A DNA stretch of 64,000 nt from Eubacteriales bacterium (GTDB lineage Bacteria; Bacillota; Clostridia; Oscillospirales; CAG-272): assembly GCA_045596865.1 (NCBI GenBank), contig JAZODF010000074.1:24407-88406 (forward strand). Direction: 5' to 3'. This document shows positions 46,824 through 55,192 of this stretch, one piece after another (position 1 is the stretch's first letter; each line of letters opens with the position of its first letter). Both the position numbers and the translations under genes were made by a program. The notes beneath the pieces were generated by a model. It saw only the letters and a program-made list of their open reading frames with translations, was not told where the DNA came from and ran no database searches.

Positions 46824-46913
46824 GGGTGCGGTTACTCAACCCCGCTTTTACTTGCTCTTGCTTCGTGGGTGCGGGCGGTTACTCAACCCCGCTTTTTACT
46901 TGCTCTTGCCTCG
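46824..46913. repeat. Tandem repeat of about 43-47 bp x2 overlapping the 3' end of the minus-strand 204-aa gene
   Basis: GGGTGCGGTTACTCAACCCCGCTTTTACTTGCTCTTGC[T/C]TCG occurs at 46824 and, with small insertions, at 46867. Confidence 0.85.
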
Positions 46914-47497
46914 CGGTCGGCGTGGATAGCGAAGGTCGAGGGGGTAAAAATCTTGTAGCCGTAGAGCGAGTCACCCGTGAAGGCGAGCTTGATGGTGGAG
47001 CGCTCCTCGGTGACGTAGCTGACCTCGTAGGGCGCGGGAGAGAACAGAAGGACGGGAACGGTGCGCTTTTGCGCGTTTGTGCATCCATCCGTATCTATGT
47101 GGGAAATGATTCTGACCTTTCCGCCCTGCGAGTAGGTGAGGCGGACGTGTGAGGGCGTTTTGACCGCGGCACGGGCGGGTGTGGTCATTGCGCGCATCTG
47201 TTGGTAGACGACCGAATACTCACCGTCAACGAAGTGGACGAGGTGCGTGCCCGAAATACCCGAATACAGGCGTATGTGGTATACCGTGTCAAATATTTCG
47301 ACGGTTATGTCGGGCTTCTTGCTCCTGACAAAGTGCGGCAGGAAGGGGAACCGATGTAAAGTTATCTTTGCATTACACTCACGGCGCAGCGAATATATTT
47401 TGCGTAGCATACCGCACCGCTTGACGGTGAAGAAGGCAATCTTGTAAAGCGCAAAAATGACGAGCGCGATAAGTAAATAACGAATAATATCTGCCAT
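46883..47497 (-). CDS. Hypothetical protein with N-terminal TM anchor
   Basis: 204 aa with AAGGAGGG RBS. The N-terminal TM segment is IIRYLLIALVIFALYKIAFF. No family recognised. Confidence 0.6.
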   Translation of the reverse strand: MADIIRYLLIALVIFALYKIAFFTVKRCGMLRKIYSLRRECNAKITLHRFPFLPHFVRSKKPDITVEIFDTVYHIRLYSGISGTHLVHFVDGEYSVVYQQMRAMTTPARAAVKTPSHVRLTYSQGGKVRIISHIDTDGCTNAQKRTVPVLLFSPAPYEVSYVTEERSTIKLAFTGDSLYGYKIFTPSTFAIHADREARASKKRG

Positions 47498-47506
47498 TTG
47501 CCCTCC

Positions 47507-48097
47507 TTACAGCTCACCCGAGAGCCAGCTGACACGCCAGCGCTTGAGCGCGGCGGGAACCGTTACGAGCCGTGCGGCGATAGAAATTATTGCAAGGACG
47601 AGGGCACCGCCGACAGCGCCGAAAGCCTCGGTCGCGTCGATAACGGGACGTAGGACGGAGCCAATGCCGTAGTCCAGCACCTTCTCGGGCAATAGCACCG
47701 CGGGCAGGGTCAGAAGCACGGGCGGGATAGCCGCCGAAATCACGTCAACCGCCAAAAATGCGGGATAGTACAGGCGCATCCCCCGAGGGATAGTGTACCG
47801 CCCGTCGGTCAGCGAGATTACGTACTCGCCCCGCTTGTTGTCCGCAAGCAGGGAAACGTAGGCGACGGCAAGGTAGGTTAGGCTGAGCTTCACCGCCGTC
47901 AGCGTTCGCACCTGTGCCGCGTATTCTGCGGGCGCGCTTACGAAGCTGTGCGACACGAACACCCGCGGCAGCTCCTCGCAAAGGAGGTCGAATACGCCGT
48001 CTACGATATACCCGACGAGCAGATAGGGAATCGCCGCCGCGAGGAACACGAGCAGATAGATCGCGGGGGATATTATGTATTTGTGCGTTTTCTTCAA
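47507..48097 (-). CDS. Hypothetical polytopic membrane protein (TTG start)
   Basis: 196 aa with GGAGG 8 nt upstream of the TTG at 48097. It has several hydrophobic segments. It lies 9 nt upstream of the 204-aa gene. Confidence 0.55.
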   Translation of the reverse strand: MKKTHKYIISPAIYLLVFLAAAIPYLLVGYIVDGVFDLLCEELPRVFVSHSFVSAPAEYAAQVRTLTAVKLSLTYLAVAYVSLLADNKRGEYVISLTDGRYTIPRGMRLYYPAFLAVDVISAAIPPVLLTLPAVLLPEKVLDYGIGSVLRPVIDATEAFGAVGGALVLAIISIAARLVTVPAALKRWRVSWLSGEL

Positions 48098-48212
48098 CCG
48101 GGTCGCCTCCTTTCCTTTGACGGGTTTAAAACATGGTATGTATGGGGGCGTGTTAAATTACACGCCCCTTTTTGGTAAACCGATATGCTAAAAACGTCAA
48201 CATCTATTTACA

Positions 48213-50534
48213 TTACAGGCGGTAACCGTGCACGCCGCCGCTGATGAGGATTGCGGTGTCGGCGGGGTCGGGGGTATATCTGATGCCGGCTATCACCTTC
48301 TCGGGGTGGGGGTTATCCCACGGCTGACCGAGTAAGAGGATAGGCTGACCCTCTGCGGTCCGCGACTCAAACGTCGGGTCGGCAATCCATGTGCCGACGT
48401 AGCCCTGGTGACGGTAATACGCCTGCGGCTTCGGCTCGCCGTAAACGCTGTTCCAATGAAGGATGCCGCCCGCGTAATCTACGGGCACCTCCTCGCTCGT
48501 TCCGTCCGCGTACTCAACCGTGTAGGTACCCACGCGACGAAGCGGCTTCCACGCAACACGCGCCTCGGGGTTTACCGTCGCGTGCTCGAAAACGAGGCGG
48601 TCGTACCTCTCCCCGACGTCAAGCGGCTCGGTCGGCTCGACCAGCGAAAGGAAGGACAGCTCCTCGGGCACGCGGCTCTCATCCCCGGGGAACAGGCCGA
48701 CGATCTCGCCCTCCTCGGGTCCGCTCACAAGGTACAGGTCGTACCGACCGCGGATAAGGTCGCGCATCTCGGGAAGGATGCACTGCCCGATAAGGGTGGT
48801 GTACGCGGTCCTCTGCCGCTCGTCGTATCCGTCCGCGTTCCAAAGCATCTCGGAGGTGTACGCAAGGTCGAAGAACTTGCCGTTTTCGGCATAATCCCGC
48901 TCGTTCACCGCGATCCACGTCGATACCTCGCCGCCGATCATCCCGCGCTTTGCCATTCTCTTTTTGTACCGCGGGTAATGCGAGGAATAAAGGTTGCCCA
49001 TCATCACCGAGAATCCCGCGTCGAGAAGCTCGTCCTCGATTTCTCTGTCGAGGCTGAAATACCATGTGAAATCAAGCATCACGATGTCGCGCGGCAGCTC
49101 GCCCTTCATCCCCGCGGTATCGTCGGAGTAGGGAAGCACGCCCTTGTGAAGCATATCCGACCAGATCATAATATCAAGACCCTTTGCCTTGACGTGCGAC
49201 CGAAGGGCAAGAATGTGATCAACGTAAACCCGACCCTTGCCGCGCGCGGCACAAACGGGACAGGATCCGACCTGATATATCTCGTCGTGACCGATATGGA
49301 CGTAGCGCGTCGGGCGCGCCACCTCGACGATCTCGTCGATAATGTCGAAAATGTATCTCATGCTGTCCTCGCGCGAGGGACAGTAGGAGTGCGCGTAATA
49401 CTCGTCGGGCAGGACGTCCTGCGCCCTCTCATCAACCTCCTCGCGGGGCTCAACGGCGACCTCGGCGATCTCGGGATGCGCGTTCGTCAGGTACTGAACG
49501 TGACCGAAGGACTGCACCTCGGGGATGACCTCGATGCCGTATTCGTGAAGCAGGTCGATAAGACCCCGCACCTCCTCCTTTTCAAGGAGCGTGCCGTCCG
49601 CGCCCATCTCGGCGTGCTGTATTCTCGGCTGTCTGCCCGCGCGGTAGCCCGCCTCTGCCTCCAGCCATTTTTCGGATATCTCGGGGTGCCGCTCAAACCG
49701 CATTCCCCCGTTAAATTCAATGATAACGTGATTGTACCCGAGCGGCAGAAGAACGTATCTGAACAGCCGCTTGGCAAAGTCGAGCCTGTCCGCCCGCGGC
49801 AGACCCATATGGAATCCGCGCATCTGTGCGTCGGGCATATCGTCGATCTCCACCTCGGGCAGGACCCCGTCGTCGTAAAGGTCGATAATTCGACACGCCC
49901 CCCACAAAAGGGCGAGCCGCGACCCCGCACGCACGGTGATAATATGCCCGTCGGTCCCGACGGTGTACCTCTCCTTTTCGTACTCGGGTGCTATCTCAAA
50001 GCGGACCGTGCCGCCCTCGCCCTCCTCGAAGCCAAACCGCTCGGCAAGGCTCTCGCGCAGGAAGTCCGCGGCGTATATTCCGTCCGCACCCTCGCCGACG
50101 ATATCGCCAAGGGGGAATCCGCCCCCGCCAACCCGCATTTTCTTCGGCACGGGGAAGAGCAGGGGCTCCTCGTCCTCGGGATAAAAGCCGAGTATCTCCA
50201 CACCCGAAAGGCGTACGTCGCATAGGTCACCGCGTATTTTGAGGGTCAGCTCCTGACCGCTCTGGTCGACCGGGAAAAATCCACTCACGCCGTGGCAGGC
50301 AACACGCGACCCGTCAAGAAAAATACCGAGCGCCGCCGCACCCGAGAGGTCGACCTCGACCCCGCCAATATAGCAAAAGCCGTCGAGCGCGTACCTGACG
50401 TCCACCTCCGTGTCGAATATCTCCGACCATCCGATTGTATATACGTCCCCCTCCACCTTTGGGTGAAGCTCCACGTCGGTTCCCCCGCGGTAAAAACGGG
50501 GTGTGATACCCTTGCCAATCTCGCCAATATACAT
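48213..50534 (-). CDS. GH20-like (beta-N-acetylhexosaminidase family) protein, no signal peptide
   Basis: Track ORF trimmed to the ATG at 50534 (AAGGAG RBS), giving 773 aa. The blocks MRGFHMGLPR, YNHVIIEFNGGMRFERHPEI, IPEVQSFGHVQYL and VHIGHDEIYQVG resemble the GH20 catalytic barrel. Confidence 0.55.
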   Translation of the reverse strand: MYIGEIGKGITPRFYRGGTDVELHPKVEGDVYTIGWSEIFDTEVDVRYALDGFCYIGGVEVDLSGAAALGIFLDGSRVACHGVSGFFPVDQSGQELTLKIRGDLCDVRLSGVEILGFYPEDEEPLLFPVPKKMRVGGGGFPLGDIVGEGADGIYAADFLRESLAERFGFEEGEGGTVRFEIAPEYEKERYTVGTDGHIITVRAGSRLALLWGACRIIDLYDDGVLPEVEIDDMPDAQMRGFHMGLPRADRLDFAKRLFRYVLLPLGYNHVIIEFNGGMRFERHPEISEKWLEAEAGYRAGRQPRIQHAEMGADGTLLEKEEVRGLIDLLHEYGIEVIPEVQSFGHVQYLTNAHPEIAEVAVEPREEVDERAQDVLPDEYYAHSYCPSREDSMRYIFDIIDEIVEVARPTRYVHIGHDEIYQVGSCPVCAARGKGRVYVDHILALRSHVKAKGLDIMIWSDMLHKGVLPYSDDTAGMKGELPRDIVMLDFTWYFSLDREIEDELLDAGFSVMMGNLYSSHYPRYKKRMAKRGMIGGEVSTWIAVNERDYAENGKFFDLAYTSEMLWNADGYDERQRTAYTTLIGQCILPEMRDLIRGRYDLYLVSGPEEGEIVGLFPGDESRVPEELSFLSLVEPTEPLDVGERYDRLVFEHATVNPEARVAWKPLRRVGTYTVEYADGTSEEVPVDYAGGILHWNSVYGEPKPQAYYRHQGYVGTWIADPTFESRTAEGQPILLLGQPWDNPHPEKVIAGIRYTPDPADTAILISGGVHGYRL

Positions 50535-50727
50535 GCGTTTCTCCTTTCGGGCGGCGCTCTGCCGCCTGTCAAAATGCGGTTGCCCGCTACACCTCAATGA
50601 TAAAACTTTTGCGCCCGATTGTCAAGGGGGATGGGCGATTCTCGCCACGGTTTTTCCCGCCCCGTTGTCAAAAGCACCAATAAAGCGCGCGCATATTTAT
50701 ACACCTGCACGAAAATGGTTTTGCCGC

Positions 50728-50756
50728 TTGATTTTGCGCGCGGGATGTGCTATCAT
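50728..50756 (+). promoter_or_regulatory. Sigma-A-type promoter of the kduI-fusion/kduD operon
   Basis: TTGATT (50728-50733), 17-nt spacer ending in TGTGC, TATCAT (50751-50756). Confidence 0.6.
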
Positions 50757-50789
50757 TTAATTGTAAAAATATGTTTTCAGATTGGAGGG

Positions 50790-52433
50790 ATGGATATCCT
50801 TAATTTAAAGCTTATTCGTGCGAACGGTGACGTTAAATTTAAGGCACACGGCATCGAAATCGACGAGCATTTTCACGGTGAATACGAGGAGGGCGATAAG
50901 CTTCGCATCGACCTTGTTGACACCGAATTCGTGAGGGTACAGCTTGACCCCACCCTCGCCGAGAGCATTCTCTACCTCCCCGACGGGTATTTCGAGTTTG
51001 CGATCCCCTTCGGCTACGAGCGAAAGAGCTGCTATCACCCCGACGCGTTCGCGGGCGATGACCACCGTATCCGCCTCTCCGAGCCTACGGAGGCGGAGGC
51101 GTACGCCGAGCGCAATATTGCCCTGAACTCTCATGACCGCCACCTGATGCCGAAGTATTTCCCCCACGCCCACGCAAACTTCGTCACGCGTGAGGACCCC
51201 TGCTTCTTCGAGCGAAATGCGGTCGACGGCGTTATCGACAACTCCAACCACGGACAGTTCCCCTACCACTCCTGGGGCGGCGGACTGCGTGAGGATCTGG
51301 AATTTGAGGTCCGCTTCGGCACCGAGGTATCCGTGTCGCGCGTCGTCCTCTTCCTGCGTGCGGATTTCCCCCACGATACCTATTGGAAGGAAATGGATAT
51401 CGAGTTCTCCGACGGCACGAGCGTCCACGCCACCCTCGCGGGTGTTGCCGAGGGACAGGCGGTCGAATTCGAGCCCAAGGTAACAACGAGTGTGAAGCTC
51501 ACGGGCTTCAAGCAGCAACGCCTCGAGGACGGGTCGCTGTCCTTCGCTGCATTGACACAGATCGAGGTCTACGGAAATTATATTAAAAAGGAGATAGAAG
51601 GAATGGAAGTCAGAGACGCCGCAAATGCAAAGGACGTGAAGTATTACACGACCGACAGACTCCGTGAGGAGTTCCACATCGCAAACCTCTTTACCAAGGA
51701 CAACATCAGAATGGTTTACAGCCATATCGACAGAATCATCGTAATCGGTATGAAGCCCGTCTTCGCCGAGCTGAAGCTCGAGGCAGGCAAGGAGCTCGCC
51801 GCCGATTACTTCCTCCAGCGCCGTGAGCTCGGTTGTATCAACATCGGTGGCAAGGGCATCATCACCATCGACGGCGAGGTCTATGAGATGAATCCCCGCG
51901 ACGGTATCTACGTCGGCATGGGACACAAGGATCTTCGCTTCAAGTCGGTTGACCCCGAAAACCCCGCGAAGTTCTATATGACCTCCTGCCCCGCGCACAC
52001 CGCATATCCCATCGTTAAGATCGACATCACCAAGGCGCGCAAGGTGCCCTGCGGCTCGGTCGAGGATTGCAACAAGCGCGTTATCAACCAGTACATCCAC
52101 CCCGAGGTTATGAAGTCCTGCCAGCTTGCAATGGGCCTCACCGAGCTCGAGGTCGGCTCCAACTGGAACACCATGCCCTGTCACACCCACGACAGACGTA
52201 TGGAGGTTTACCTCTACCTCGATATGGGTCCGAACGACGCCGTATTCCACATGATGGGCGAGGCAAAGGAAACCCGCCATATCGTAATGCATAACGAGGA
52301 GGCGGTGATCTCTCCCTCTTGGTCCATCCACTCCGGTGTCGGAACGAAGAACTATTCCTTCATCTGGGCAATGTGCGGCGAGAATCAGGAATTCACCGAC
52401 ATGGACCACATCGAAACCAAGGAGCTCAGATAA
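50790..52433 (+). CDS. kduI: In-frame fusion: unknown ~271-aa domain (discoidin/galactose-binding-like C-terminal part) + 5-dehydro-4-deoxy-D-glucuronate isomerase KduI
   Basis: The track ORF is open from 50619 to 52433, and the promoter at 50728-50756 limits the start to the ATG at 50790. From the ATG at 51603 (MEVRDAANAKDVKYYTTDRLREEFHIANLF...MVYSHIDRIIVIGMKP...) the sequence is a complete KduI. It is preceded by its own AAGGAG RBS, but there is no stop codon between the two parts. Confidence 0.8.
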   Translation: MDILNLKLIRANGDVKFKAHGIEIDEHFHGEYEEGDKLRIDLVDTEFVRVQLDPTLAESILYLPDGYFEFAIPFGYERKSCYHPDAFAGDDHRIRLSEPTEAEAYAERNIALNSHDRHLMPKYFPHAHANFVTREDPCFFERNAVDGVIDNSNHGQFPYHSWGGGLREDLEFEVRFGTEVSVSRVVLFLRADFPHDTYWKEMDIEFSDGTSVHATLAGVAEGQAVEFEPKVTTSVKLTGFKQQRLEDGSLSFAALTQIEVYGNYIKKEIEGMEVRDAANAKDVKYYTTDRLREEFHIANLFTKDNIRMVYSHIDRIIVIGMKPVFAELKLEAGKELAADYFLQRRELGCINIGGKGIITIDGEVYEMNPRDGIYVGMGHKDLRFKSVDPENPAKFYMTSCPAHTAYPIVKIDITKARKVPCGSVEDCNKRVINQYIHPEVMKSCQLAMGLTELEVGSNWNTMPCHTHDRRMEVYLYLDMGPNDAVFHMMGEAKETRHIVMHNEEAVISPSWSIHSGVGTKNYSFIWAMCGENQEFTDMDHIETKELR

Positions 52434-52514
52434 CCAACAAAAAGCGCACAAGTATGGGGGCGTGTCACGTTTTCGCCCCCAAAACCAAATAAATGATATA
52501 AGGAGAATGAAAAA

Positions 52515-53312
52515 ATGGCAGCTAATTTCAACCTCGAGGGCAAGGTTGCCCTGATTACCGGCGCATCCTACGGTATCGGCTACGCAATTGCGAAGGGCCT
52601 CGCCGCCGCAGGCGCGAAGATCGTTTTCAACGACATTAAACAGGAGTTCGTCGATCGCGGACTTGCATCCTACGCCGCCGACGGCATTGATGCGACCGGC
52701 TACGTATGCGACGTCACCGACGAGGACGCGGTAAACGAAATGGTAGCAAGGATCGAGAAGGAGGTCGGCGTTATTGACATCCTCGTAAATAACGCGGGAA
52801 TTATCAAGAGAATCCCCATGATCGAGATGAAGGCGTCCGAGTTCCGTCAGGTTATCGACGTTGACCTCAACGCACCCTTCATCGTGTCGAAGGCGGTTCT
52901 CCCCTCCATGATCAAGCAGAGAAGCGGTAAGATCATCAACATCTGCTCGATGATGTCCGAGTTCGGACGCGAGACCGTTTCCGCCTACGCCTCTGCGAAG
53001 GGCGGCCTTAAGATGCTCACCAGAAATATCGCATCCGAGTACGGCCAGTACAACATTCAGTGCAACGGCATCGGCCCCGGCCACATCGCAACCCCCCAGA
53101 CCGCACCCCTCCGCGAGACCCAGCCCGACGGCTCGAAGCACCCCTTCGACATCTTCATCACCGAGACCAAGACCCCCGCAGGCAGATGGGGTGACCCCGA
53201 GGATCTCGCAGGTCCCGCAGTATTCCTCGCTTCCTCCGCGTCTGATTTCGTGAACGGACAGATTTTGTACGTTGACGGTGGTATTCAGGCGTACTTCGGC
53301 AAGCAGCCTTAA
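52515..53312 (+). CDS. kduD: SDR oxidoreductase, KduD / gluconate 5-dehydrogenase type
   Basis: 265 aa. It has LEGKVALITGASYGIGYAIA (TGxxxGxG), NNAG, and the YxxxK catalytic motif (YASAKGGLKMLT). It lies adjacent to kduI. Confidence 0.8.
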   Translation: MAANFNLEGKVALITGASYGIGYAIAKGLAAAGAKIVFNDIKQEFVDRGLASYAADGIDATGYVCDVTDEDAVNEMVARIEKEVGVIDILVNNAGIIKRIPMIEMKASEFRQVIDVDLNAPFIVSKAVLPSMIKQRSGKIINICSMMSEFGRETVSAYASAKGGLKMLTRNIASEYGQYNIQCNGIGPGHIATPQTAPLRETQPDGSKHPFDIFITETKTPAGRWGDPEDLAGPAVFLASSASDFVNGQILYVDGGIQAYFGKQP

Positions 53313-53568
53313 TGGTTTTAATCGGTAAATTTTGGTGATATCGCCCGTTTTCCGCCAATCTCGACGTAGGTAACTACGCCTTCGGGCGGAAGAACAGGCA
53401 ATCTCCCTCAAAATTTCCTCGATTAAAGGGAATTACGGTGCGCCCGTTTTCCAAAAAACGATTTCGGGCGGCTGTGTATAACATCGAATAATTTAACACG
53501 CCCCGTGGGTAATGCTTGCGGGGCGTAAATAACACTTTACATTTTTACATACCTTTACGGAGAGTATT

Positions 53569-54732
53569 ATGAAAAATTGCAAGCAGCTTCTTGCTGAAAA
53601 CAAAGCATGGATAGAAGAAACCTTTAAGAAGGTTGACGAAAAGATGTCGAAGGTCACCCTTCGCTCGCAGGACAAGATCGTCGACGGCGTTGACGCGGAC
53701 GGCAGGCACAAGGTCATCCCTCCGAATGCCTGGACATCGGGCTTCTGGGGAGGGCTTAACTACCTTCTTTACAACTACACGAAGAATGAGGACTACCTCA
53801 AAACCGCAAGAAATATCGAGGCACAGCTCGACGAGGGCCTTGCTAACTACGAGCAGCTTCACCATGACGTCGGATTTATGTGGCATCTCACCGCGGGCGT
53901 GAACTACCGCCTCTTCGGTGACAAGAAATCCAAGGTGCGCAACCTTTACGCCGCGTCCACCCTCTACTCCCGCTTCATCCCCTCGGGCGGCTATATCCGC
54001 GCGTGGAACGCTCCCTGGAAGGGACATGACGTAACCAATTGGACCATCATCGACTGCATGATGAACATCTCGCTCCTCTATTGGGCATCCCGTGAGACGG
54101 GCGACGACCGCTTCCTGCAGGTTGCAATGGCGCACGCCGATATGTCCATGATCGACCACGTTCGTGAGGACGGCTCCATCAATCACATCGTTGAGCATGA
54201 CCGCGCAACGGGCGAGACCGTCTGCACCTATGCGGGACAGGGCTACGCCGTCGGCTCCTCCTGGTCCCGTGGACAGGCATGGGGTCTTTACGGCTTCATC
54301 CTCTCCTACATCCACACGAGCGAGGAGCGCTACCTCGACACCGCGAAGAAGATTGCCCATTACTTCATTGCAAACTGCTGTGACGATTGGCTTCCACGCC
54401 TCGATTTCCGCGGTCCCGCCGAGCCCGTTTACTACGATGCAACCGCGGGTGCAATCGCCGCATGCGGCCTTATCGAGATATCTCGCGCCGTCCCCGAGCA
54501 CGAGGGCGGAATGTACCTGAACGCCGCTCTTAACATCCTCCGCGCAATGGAGAAGAGCTTCATGGACTTCAACCCCGATACCGATAATATGCTCGGCTAC
54601 GGCAGTATCATGTACCCCGACCCCACCCCCGATAGCATCAAGCGGCTCACCCACGTCTCCATCATCTACGGCGACTACTTCTACACCGAGGCCCTCCTTA
54701 AGCTCCTCGGCGAGGAATTCCTCCCGTGGTAA
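53569..54732 (+). CDS. GH88 unsaturated glucuronyl hydrolase
   Basis: 387 aa. The motifs HHDVGFMW, IIDCMMN and GSSWSRGQAWGLYGF are typical of GH88/UGL. Confidence 0.82.
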   Translation: MKNCKQLLAENKAWIEETFKKVDEKMSKVTLRSQDKIVDGVDADGRHKVIPPNAWTSGFWGGLNYLLYNYTKNEDYLKTARNIEAQLDEGLANYEQLHHDVGFMWHLTAGVNYRLFGDKKSKVRNLYAASTLYSRFIPSGGYIRAWNAPWKGHDVTNWTIIDCMMNISLLYWASRETGDDRFLQVAMAHADMSMIDHVREDGSINHIVEHDRATGETVCTYAGQGYAVGSSWSRGQAWGLYGFILSYIHTSEERYLDTAKKIAHYFIANCCDDWLPRLDFRGPAEPVYYDATAGAIAACGLIEISRAVPEHEGGMYLNAALNILRAMEKSFMDFNPDTDNMLGYGSIMYPDPTPDSIKRLTHVSIIYGDYFYTEALLKLLGEEFLPW

Positions 54733-55192
54733 AAGGGGTCACAAATCTATAATCAACCACGCAAAAAGGACGAGAAACCCTCTCGTCCTTTTCTATTTAC
54801 ATTTCCTGTTTTTTGCTTTTGCGTTTTCTCTATTTTCGTTTCCCTTTTTCTCCCCTTTTTCCCTTAACGCCACCCCGTGTTAAATTTTCCGTGATACACA
54901 CACCATTCGTCGACCGTCCGACCGCCGCACAACCGCCACAAATTGTAACGAATTGTTTGCATCACTCACGCCTTCACCCGCCGCTATCGGCAAAATATCT
55001 CCCGAAAAATAATCTAAAAACCCTTGCTATTTTGCCGATAGCTAATGCTTTATTTGCCGATAGTGCACACTTGATTTATCAAATCCGACGCAATTCGCCC
55101 GATATTTTCATCATACTAACGGTGGGGATTACCCACCGCACATCTGCGGGTGTCTTTCCTTTTTGCCTTTCGCAGGGCGGCCGTGCGCAAAT

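Noticed and set aside
50805-53411. 868-aa minus-strand ORF spanning kduI, the intergenic region and kduD
   Set aside because: It crosses an intergenic region and two well-supported + strand genes with canonical KduI and SDR motifs. Its composition is typical of an antisense frame.
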